64,000 nucleotides of DNA from an uncultured Candidatus Poseidoniales archaeon (GTDB lineage Archaea > Thermoplasmatota > Poseidoniia > Poseidoniales > Thalassarchaeaceae). Below the pieces are notes generated by a model. The model was not told the DNA's origin, searched no databases, and saw only the letters and a program-made list of their open reading frames with translations. The stretch is from contig CAZPCY010000004.1 in assembly GCA_964585295.1 (NCBI GenBank), forward strand, positions 90,786 through 154,785. The letters run 5' to 3'. The position numbers and the translations under genes were made by a program. Below are positions 8,963 through 15,999 of the stretch, one piece after another (within the stretch, counting starts at the first letter, position 1; every line of letters starts with the position of its first letter).

Positions 8963-9768
8963 AACTGGTCCCCCCTTCGCAGGTGCTTGATCCTTAGGCG
9001 GAGAAGGTTGCTTCTGCCCTCATAGTGTCGTGAGAATCCGTAGCGTAGGAAGAATCCGCAGAAGAGCAACACTAGGATGACGGCGCCGAAGCCGAGCAGG
9101 CCGAGCCAGTGCGCCCGGAACGCCGCTCCCATGTGGTGCAAGTCGACATGCCCGCTCTCCGGTGCGGGCGGCTCGACATTACCATCACCAGCGAAGAGCA
9201 AGCGGTGGTTGCCATCGTCGACACCTTCGACCATGACTCCGGTGAGCCGGTTCCAAGCGTCACCCTGGTTCCCATCAGCACCGTTGACTGAGTTGCCTAC
9301 GAGTTGGATGGAGATGCTGCCTGAACCTTCTGCCGGGGCAGTCCAGATGACGTTCCAAGTGCGGTCAGCGACCTTCGCTCCGGCAGTGGTGTGACTCAGA
9401 GTCGTTAGGTCCGATTTCCAGTTCTGCACATCGGATTCGGATTCGACACCGGCAGCGAGTGCACCATCGCTGACCTTCATCGAGAATCCCCCGGTGTTGG
9501 ACGCAGAGTCGATGTCCGGGCCGCCTATGATTTGGATGGTCCACGCGTACTCGGATCCGGGCTCGTAGATAGTGGGGACTCCATCGAGTAGGAGTTGCAC
9601 CTCATTCGATGGTTCTGGAGCGTGGCATGTGCATCCGGCAATGGAGACATCACCGCTCCCTTCGTCACCACCGATTCCCGATGGAAGAGCAGTGACTAGG
9701 CCGGATGCCAGCGAGGCTGTGAACAGCAGCATTGACGCGGCCACGAATCGTCCTCTTCGAGCCCTCAT
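8959..9768 (-). CDS. Secreted, C-terminally membrane-anchored beta-rich protein; first gene of the Rieske/cyt b operon
   Basis: Signal-like N-terminus MRARRGRFVAASMLLFTASLASG; C-terminal TM WLGLLGFGAVILVLLFCGFFL plus a basic tail. Single GCTCH motif; GNSVNGADGNQGDAWN segment. Confidence 0.55.
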   Translation of the reverse strand: MRARRGRFVAASMLLFTASLASGLVTALPSGIGGDEGSGDVSIAGCTCHAPEPSNEVQLLLDGVPTIYEPGSEYAWTIQIIGGPDIDSASNTGGFSMKVSDGALAAGVESESDVQNWKSDLTTLSHTTAGAKVADRTWNVIWTAPAEGSGSISIQLVGNSVNGADGNQGDAWNRLTGVMVEGVDDGNHRLLFAGDGNVEPPAPESGHVDLHHMGAAFRAHWLGLLGFGAVILVLLFCGFFLRYGFSRHYEGRSNLLRLRIKHLRRGDQL

Positions 9769-9900
9769 ATCGAGTCCTCTCGGTCAGCGATTCGCGCCAC
9801 CTGAATTGGGGCTATCAAGTTATCCGCCCGCCAACCACAGTAGCGTGCGACGTAAAGGCATCCAAGCGGTTGATGAAGAGCGGTATCGACACCATTTGAG

Positions 9901-10326
9901 ATGACCAACACAGACTCTCTAATAGATGGCATCCAAGATGGTCCTGACAACGGATTGTTCGGGTGTTCACTAGACCACGCCAGCGTGGGGTTGAAGCGAG
10001 CCGCGCCACTCGACGGCGTGATGGCCGATCGAGCGTGGGAGAACATCTACGACCTATCGGATGAACAGATTACGAATCTCGATTTGGCTGAGGAGAAGAT
10101 GGAGGCGCATGATCTGAACGAGGCGGAGAGGATCCTCCTCAGCATGCTCGACGAGGACCCACACTGCGTACCGGTGCTCTCGAATCTAGGTCACCTAAAC
10201 GGTCGCTATCTCAGTGATTTCGAGACCGCTGTCGAATACTACGGAAAGGTTCTCGCCATCGAGCCTGACAACGCTTGGGCACGGGATGAGAGGCGGCGCT
10301 ACAAGCGATATTCCACCTACGACTGA
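9901..10326 (+). CDS. TPR-repeat protein
   Basis: TPR-like helices: AERILLSMLDEDPHCVPVLSNLGHL and FETAVEYYGKVLAIEPDNAWA. Confidence 0.5.
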   Translation: MTNTDSLIDGIQDGPDNGLFGCSLDHASVGLKRAAPLDGVMADRAWENIYDLSDEQITNLDLAEEKMEAHDLNEAERILLSMLDEDPHCVPVLSNLGHLNGRYLSDFETAVEYYGKVLAIEPDNAWARDERRRYKRYSTYD

Positions 10327-10462
10327 AGGCACCTGCCGACGGTTCGAAGCGGGATGGTGAGCACCTCTCTAATGCATGGTTTCACGATTGGGTATTCTGT
10401 TCAGTATGGATGGGCTTCGCCCGGGCGAGAGAATGAAGGGGTGGCCACGCGCCAGACGGTAG

Positions 10463-11368
10463 GTGGACGATGGCGCTCTGCTCGTCGCCGGGGTCGGCGG
10501 CCTCGGTTGCTCTTGGGCGAGAGCGTCGCACGCGCGATGCGACGGCAACGCCGAACTATTGCTCATAGATGCGGACCGATCGAGCCTGAAGGATGCCGAG
10601 CACGCCAATTGCATTGAGCTCGGACCAGACGATGAATCCGTGGGTTGTGCTTCGATGCCCGAACTCGCACGCGGGTGGCTCGCAGAACGGACCGAGGCAC
10701 TTGTGAAGGTACTGGAGCCGGTAGAATTGGTGATAATCCTAACCGCACTAGGCGGTGGAGCAGGAACGGGAGCTGCCCACCTGCTGGCGCAACGGGCGAA
10801 GTCGAAGGGGGCCCTCGTCATCTCGGTGGTCGCCACTCCATTCGAGGAACAGGTCACTCGTCTCCGCACGGCCCGAGCTTGGCTCGGGCGACTCGAGGAT
10901 GCGAGCCATGCCTGCATCCGATTGTCATTGCCGAGACTCGCATGGCGAGCGCGTGAACGCGGAGCCGATTGGCGATTGGGTGGAGGTTGGATTGAAGATC
11001 TGGTCGATGGTTTGGTTAGGACCCAGTCACAGGTAGGACTGATCAATCTCGATCTCATGGACCTTAGAGCAATCCTCCTCCGCCCCGGTCGTTCGACGAT
11101 GCTCGTGGCCCAAGGCAGGGCGAGTGATGCTCAGAGGCTAGTCCGTAACGCGTTGGCGGCACCGCTGGAGAATGTGGCCCTCGATGGTGCTGCGGGATGC
11201 CTGCTGCAGATCGAAGGCGGGATGGACCTTAGCCTCGGTGAGGTGAATGAGGTCGCGGAGGCGTTCACCGACAGACTCCATCCGGATTCGCAGGTTATCT
11301 TCGGGGCCCGGATGACCGATTCCCTAGATGGTGAGGTGCGGGTCGTGGCGGTTCTCGCTGGGCTATAA
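10463..11368 (+). CDS. Divergent short FtsZ/tubulin-superfamily GTPase
   Basis: GTG start. Ordered signature elements: VAGVGGLGCSW (T1), ALGGGAGTGAA (T4), ATPFEEQ, INLDLMDL (T7-like NxDxxD), and a C-terminal domain ending EVRVVAVLAGL. Confidence 0.7.
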   Translation: MDDGALLVAGVGGLGCSWARASHARCDGNAELLLIDADRSSLKDAEHANCIELGPDDESVGCASMPELARGWLAERTEALVKVLEPVELVIILTALGGGAGTGAAHLLAQRAKSKGALVISVVATPFEEQVTRLRTARAWLGRLEDASHACIRLSLPRLAWRARERGADWRLGGGWIEDLVDGLVRTQSQVGLINLDLMDLRAILLRPGRSTMLVAQGRASDAQRLVRNALAAPLENVALDGAAGCLLQIEGGMDLSLGEVNEVAEAFTDRLHPDSQVIFGARMTDSLDGEVRVVAVLAGL

Positions 11369-12727
11369 TCAATCGATCAGTTCCACCGCGTCATCATCAT
11401 CCATCAGCTCGACATAATCCTCGGATTCGGGAGTATCGACCAAATCTATGGATTCTACCGCTTCTTCAGCATCTGCTTCGGCAGCTTCAGATGCTTCTTC
11501 GGCAGCTTCAGATGCTTCTTCAGCAACTGATTCAGCTGCGGTTTGTGCTTCAGAGGATGATTCTTCAGCTCCTCCCTCATCCTCTGAATCAGAATCGTCA
11601 TTCTTCTTTTCTACCGAAACAATGGCGCCTCGTACGACTGGCCCGGAATATGCGAGGATGAGAGTTGCGACCGTTACCGCATGCCCAATGCCCAAGGTTG
11701 CTGGCAGGGTGCCGAAGAAGGGCATGGCGCCGCTCAGGTCCGTGAGTACGATGATGCTACCAGCGTATGCGTACCCGAATGCGAGGGCCCAGAACAGTGC
11801 ATTCCGTTGGGTCAGCAGGGTACCACCGGAGCGCACCGTCCTACTGGATAGGGCCCAGACAGCAGCGAATACGGTGAGCACCATCAGTAGCGCTTCCTCA
11901 ATCAGCATCAGGACATCGTCGGGATTGGTAAACAACCTCCTCCATGTGCTCGCAAGATGCCAAGCGGCGAACCCGAAGCATAGAAATCCCCAACGATGAG
12001 CTAGAGCTCGTCCACCGACGGTTTTGATCGCACTGCCAACCCTCCTCTTGGCTAGGGTGATGGAGATGAGAGGGATGGCGATGGCGGCCGGGATATAGAT
12101 TGCCCAGATGCCAGGATCGGGAGGCCGATCGAGCCACATCGGTAGGAAGTGACCGAACAAGGCGGCGATCGTTCCCGCCAATATCGCTTGCTCAAAGAGC
12201 ATCAGGGCAGCGAATCCGGGTAACTCCGAACCACTCGGAGACGAGTCGGCGCATCGAGAACCTCCGGCGACCCAACGGGAAACGGCTGATCTGAACGATA
12301 GGGCCTGACCGGCGGACCAAGCGATGAAGAGAGAAGCCAACACCAATGCCCAATCATCTCGCACATCTGGTTCCGAAGCAATCGTTCCGAGCAGAGCTCC
12401 GGCAATCAAGCCGGTCGCGATTATAGGCAGTAGTATGGATTTGAATGAGGCCCTGATCCTCTTTCCGAAGGGTAGTCCAACGGGCACGGAGACGAGGGCG
12501 CATCCACTCTCTGACCTCGCCACAATCGCTGTCAGAATCTGCGCCCCCACCAAAGCGGTGAAGATGACCGCAACCAGCCCGGCGCCATCCGACGCCGATC
12601 TCGTCACCCCTAACAGAGCGACAGAAGAGATAACGAGCAGCACGATGTGAGACAGAGTCGCTGGTGACAACAGGGCGCTGATTAACTGCCTGACCCCGAA
12701 GGCCCCCTCTCCGCCTGCGTCGCCCAC
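11369..12727 (-). CDS. Polytopic membrane protein with poly-acidic C-terminal tail
   Basis: 452-aa ORF with about 10 hydrophobic segments and the tail EDEGGAEESSSEAQTAAESVAEEASEAAEEASEAAEADAEEA. Tail-to-tail with the FtsZ-like gene, with no spacer. Confidence 0.6.
   Translation of the reverse strand: MGDAGGEGAFGVRQLISALLSPATLSHIVLLVISSVALLGVTRSASDGAGLVAVIFTALVGAQILTAIVARSESGCALVSVPVGLPFGKRIRASFKSILLPIIATGLIAGALLGTIASEPDVRDDWALVLASLFIAWSAGQALSFRSAVSRWVAGGSRCADSSPSGSELPGFAALMLFEQAILAGTIAALFGHFLPMWLDRPPDPGIWAIYIPAAIAIPLISITLAKRRVGSAIKTVGGRALAHRWGFLCFGFAAWHLASTWRRLFTNPDDVLMLIEEALLMVLTVFAAVWALSSRTVRSGGTLLTQRNALFWALAFGYAYAGSIIVLTDLSGAMPFFGTLPATLGIGHAVTVATLILAYSGPVVRGAIVSVEKKNDDSDSEDEGGAEESSSEAQTAAESVAEEASEAAEEASEAAEADAEEAVESIDLVDTPESEDYVELMDDDDAVELID
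11479..11520. repeat. Perfect 21-bp tandem duplication (2 copies) inside the acidic tail coding region
   Basis: cggcagcttcagatgcttctt occurs at 11479-11499 and again at 11500-11520, encoding EEASEAA twice on the minus strand. Confidence 0.9.
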
Positions 12728-12778
12728 GTACCCGCTCTTCTAGACGGACTCCATTAAGTCGCGCCCCCTCGCCCGTCC

Positions 12779-13102
12779 ATGGCCAAGCGCGGCAAGGCTT
12801 CGCGCGGTAAGCGGCGATGGCTGGGAATTGAGGTCTCCCCTAAATTGAGAGACAGGGAATCGGTCGAAGCATCGATCGATGCTGCCAATTCTCTGCAGGG
12901 CTCTCGGCTCTACGACTTCGTCCCCGGTGAGGATGGAAATGCCGGTCTAGCGATCCTCAGGATTCCGTTGGATGGGGCCGCCGTCGCTAGATATGCTCTC
13001 GACGGCGTATCGACACCATTCACCTCAATCACCACTTCGGGAAAGATCAACTTGGTCCGGAAGCGGCTCGGGTTGGAACGCAGTCGACGGCGGCCTAGGT
13101 GA
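12779..13102 (+). CDS. rnp2: RNase P protein component 2 (Pop5/Rpp14 family)
   Basis: KRRWLGIEV near the N-terminus, AILRIPLDGAAVARYAL in the middle and TTSGKINLVRKRL at the C-terminus parallel archaeal Pop5 (KKRYIAFKV ... VSGTIKRLKRKF). Confidence 0.55.
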   Translation: MAKRGKASRGKRRWLGIEVSPKLRDRESVEASIDAANSLQGSRLYDFVPGEDGNAGLAILRIPLDGAAVARYALDGVSTPFTSITTSGKINLVRKRLGLERSRRRPR

Positions 13103-13151
13103 GATCCTCCATAGCCGTGACTTTCAATTCGCAACGTCCTCTGGCGGTAGT

Positions 13152-13640
13152 ATGGCTGGGGGAGGCGAGGCACCTTCTGTCGAGCCGTGGGACCTCAGCG
13201 CGCTCGTCGGGGCGATCCTCCTCACTTCGACGATACTCATGCTCACTTGGCCGCCTAGCCATGATGTCGGATTGACCGGGGATCGAATCGGTCTCACCGA
13301 GGTTGGCGTGGGCGCTCTAGGTTCAGCGGATTCGATTGAGGTGACGCTTCGGAACGCCACCGCATGCGAGGTCGAGAACTCTACCTGTACAGGAGCTGTG
13401 ATACATGTTTCATCTCCTAATGGGGATGAGATTACGCAGTTCCGCCTCTCGGATGGAGAATCCCACACGACGGATAGGATGACGAACGGTCCCGTGACGG
13501 TCGAAGCCTCTGGTGAGGGCCAGTATAGAATCACGGTGAAGGTTCATCGACAACTGCCGTTGGAATTCGTTCCCGCGATGCTCGGAATCGTGCTTCTGGC
13601 ATGGGGAGAATGGCGTAGACGTCAAGGCCCATCGCCATGA
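13152..13640 (+). CDS. Hypothetical protein anchored by N- and C-terminal TM helices
   Basis: Internal ATG at 13152 chosen to avoid overlapping the Pop5 gene. TM helices LSALVGAILLTSTILML and FVPAMLGIVLLAW. Confidence 0.4.
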   Translation: MAGGGEAPSVEPWDLSALVGAILLTSTILMLTWPPSHDVGLTGDRIGLTEVGVGALGSADSIEVTLRNATACEVENSTCTGAVIHVSSPNGDEITQFRLSDGESHTTDRMTNGPVTVEASGEGQYRITVKVHRQLPLEFVPAMLGIVLLAWGEWRRRQGPSP

Positions 13641-15085
13641 TCCATATCCAGTTGGGTTTCTGAGCGAACGAACGCTGAATCCGCCACCATCAGAGCTCCC
13701 TCTTCGCTGATTCCTACCGGTCGCTCGTCAGCCTCGAATCCAAGTGAAGCGCCACCCCTAGAGAATCTCGCTGAGAAGAGGGACCACCATGCTCTCGATC
13801 TAGTGACGACATCGCTCCGCGGAAGCCTCGGGTGTGCCTCCAATCTACCCCCTAGACAGGCGGCAAGTGCAGTGAAGATGGTGTTGGCATCGGAACCAAG
13901 CCCGATATCATCGAATCCAGCCACCCGTTCTCCGTCCTGGATCCTTCCGCGACCGTTGATCCCGACTCCTAGGTCGAAGGTCGTTGATTCTCCAAATGTC
14001 CGACCCCTCAACAGGATTCCACCCAATTTTCCGACGTCTTCCACCATGATGTCGTTCGGCCATTTCAGTTGCACCCCCATTCTGGAGACTCGGATGCCTC
14101 CCGACCAAGAAAGGAGTGGAGGAACTTGCTGCAATCTCGAGGCGATTGCATCAGCGACTGCTAGCCCAGCCTCCAACTGCATACCGCCCCCACTATGCAT
14201 GATGTTACCGTCACGATTGGAGACCCTCCAGGTCGCGGTTAGATCGCCCTCCTCGCTATTCCAGATTCTTCCTCTCCTACCTTGGCCACGATCCTGCATC
14301 CTAGCGATTACGGCAGAACCTGTTGCAGCCTCATCAGGCATATCCTCCATCGTACTGGCGGAGCGTTCGAGGCGTACTGGCTCAATACGGCCCCAGCCCC
14401 GCCAAAGGGCGAGTGCTACCAACCTCTCGTCCCCGAACATGGTGCTGGCGAGAGGTCGGATCGACCACCCAGACTCGATCCACGATTCGAGGGTCGGACC
14501 CGAACGCTCCCCCAACCTATGGATGATGATCACGACTCCGTCATCCGCGAGGATGGAGGATTCTTCGATGAAGATGCGGAGCAACCCCGCCCACCCTCCT
14601 CCTTCCTCGATGTCAGTCAGGGCTCCCTCCTCAAGCGGCCCAAGCCTCTGCTCATCTAGGGTGACCGGATCCAGGTAGGGTGGGTTCCAGCATATGATGT
14701 CGAACGCACCCGGACCTGCCCACGCTCCATCATCCGATTCTTCGGCTAGACCACCTTCCCAGAAACTCGTTCTCTCCGAAACTCCCTGTTCCTCTGCTAA
14801 CCCCCTAGCCACTGCGATTGCGAGCGGGTGGACATCGCACCCATCAACATTCCAACCGCGGAGTGCGGCAGAGACTGATACCACTCCAGTTCCACAACCA
14901 ATCTCGAGCATCCTACCTGGTGGTCCACAGATTCGCATCAAGGCTAGGTCTAGAAGCGCCGAGTCCTCTCGAGGTGGATACACCGTGGGCGGTACGGAAA
15001 ACTGCCATTCCTTCCCTCGGCCATCGAACCAAATGTGTGCGGCGGCTGCCCCCCTACTCCTGGCCGCCTCTTCTTCTGCATCCAC
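13622..15085 (-). CDS. Fusion: class I SAM methyltransferase (PrmC/Mtq2-like, NPPY) plus biotin-protein ligase (BirA catalytic domain)
   Basis: N-terminal half has LEIGCGTGVVS (motif I) and ICWNPPYLD (motif IV). C-terminal half has GQGRRGRIWNSEEGDL and LKWPNDIMV, both BPL signatures. Confidence 0.7.
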   Translation of the reverse strand: MDAEEEAARSRGAAAAHIWFDGRGKEWQFSVPPTVYPPREDSALLDLALMRICGPPGRMLEIGCGTGVVSVSAALRGWNVDGCDVHPLAIAVARGLAEEQGVSERTSFWEGGLAEESDDGAWAGPGAFDIICWNPPYLDPVTLDEQRLGPLEEGALTDIEEGGGWAGLLRIFIEESSILADDGVVIIIHRLGERSGPTLESWIESGWSIRPLASTMFGDERLVALALWRGWGRIEPVRLERSASTMEDMPDEAATGSAVIARMQDRGQGRRGRIWNSEEGDLTATWRVSNRDGNIMHSGGGMQLEAGLAVADAIASRLQQVPPLLSWSGGIRVSRMGVQLKWPNDIMVEDVGKLGGILLRGRTFGESTTFDLGVGINGRGRIQDGERVAGFDDIGLGSDANTIFTALAACLGGRLEAHPRLPRSDVVTRSRAWWSLFSARFSRGGASLGFEADERPVGISEEGALMVADSAFVRSETQLDMDHGDGP

Positions 15086-15128
15086 TTGGAGAACACCCCC
15101 CGCCCGCTCTCGGATTCCGCGCCAAACC

Positions 15129-15134
15129 TTTATT
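15129..15134 (-). promoter_or_regulatory. Candidate TATA box for the methyltransferase-BirA gene
   Basis: AATAAA on the minus strand, 44-49 nt upstream of the ATG at 15085, in an otherwise GC-rich spacer. Confidence 0.25.
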
Positions 15135-15268
15135 CACACCGGAGGATAGGGTTCTGTTGCACCCGGGAAGCATATCGATGCTGGGTCCCCGGGCGTTTGG
15201 CCCCGAGATGCGTGGCCGATAGGTTCAATAAGCCCCCCTCGGTCCGCGGAGAGCCCAGCATCAGCCAT

Positions 15269-15345
15269 GGGCCTGTAGCTCAGTCAGGTAGAGCGTCCGG
15301 CTTTTAACCGGGTGGCCGCGGGTTCGAACCCCGTCAGGCCCTCCA
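15269..15345 (+). tRNA. tRNA-Lys (anticodon TTT), CCA encoded
   Basis: Manual cloverleaf: acceptor GGGCCTG/CAGGCCC, D stem GCTC/GAGC, anticodon stem TCCGG/CCGGG with loop CTTTTAA, T arm GCGGG-TTCGAAC-CCCGT, discriminator T plus CCA. Confidence 0.9.
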
Positions 15346-15396
15346 CCTGATGAGCGAGCAGGTTCGCGGCCGCAGGGCAAGGCGGGGGCCTGCGGC

Positions 15397-15987
15397 ATGG
15401 TGGTTAAGAGTTCGACGAAGAAGCGACTGATTGAGCTTGGCGTTCCAGAGAACCACGCCCATCGTCTGGCTGACGATGCCAACATGGACGCAATCAAGCG
15501 CATGTCGGTCGAAGAAGTCTCGGAGAAGCTGGAATTAGAGATTGGAGATGAGATTCTCGAGAAGATAATGGGGATTGTTCGCGAGCAGGCCGCCTCTCGC
15601 CGACGCCGATCCCGAAGCGTTCGCATGACCATATCTTCCAGGACCGTCGACATAGACGACTTCCAGCGCGGAGAGGACAGGTTCAACGTCCTCAACCACG
15701 AATTGGTACCGCACCACGAGTTGGTTCCGATTGGAGATGAGGATGAGGTCCTCGCTCCTTGGGGCCTGACGGTTAAGGAGGACAATGGCGAGACCCGTCT
15801 TGCGAAGGAGTTGCTTCCAAAGATTGTCATCAGCGATGCTGCCGTACAGGCCATCAAGGAGATGGAGGAAGCGGAAGACGAGGAATTGCCGGCTGGCTGG
15901 CTCACCAACCGGGTAGTCCGCGTGATTCGATACAGTCAGTCAGCTGGTACCACGGTCGCGTATCGATTGGTCGTCGAGGGGCAGTGA
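15397..15987 (+). CDS. rpoH: RNA polymerase subunit H (Rpb5 C-domain homolog) with ~95-aa N-terminal extension
   Basis: Core HELVPHHELV ... LPKIVISDAAVQ ... RVVRVIRYSQSAGTTVAYRLV sits directly upstream of rpoB. The N-terminal 95 aa are extra. Confidence 0.85.
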   Translation: MVVKSSTKKRLIELGVPENHAHRLADDANMDAIKRMSVEEVSEKLELEIGDEILEKIMGIVREQAASRRRRSRSVRMTISSRTVDIDDFQRGEDRFNVLNHELVPHHELVPIGDEDEVLAPWGLTVKEDNGETRLAKELLPKIVISDAAVQAIKEMEEAEDEELPAGWLTNRVVRVIRYSQSAGTTVAYRLVVEGQ

Positions 15988-15999
15988 GGAGAGAGAAAT

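Noticed and set aside
9622-9633. GCTCH read as a c-type heme attachment site
   Set aside because: The spacing is CxCH, not CxxCH, so it cannot be called a canonical heme c site. It is kept only as a possible metal or redox ligand cluster.
10369-11058. 229-aa minus-strand ORF overlapping the FtsZ-like gene
   Set aside because: It has S/R/P/A-rich shadow-frame composition, while the plus strand carries clear FtsZ signature motifs.
15223-15231. TTCAATAAG as a TATA box for tRNA-Lys
   Set aside because: It lies about 38-46 nt upstream of the tRNA 5' end, further than the usual archaeal spacing, and it is a weak match.
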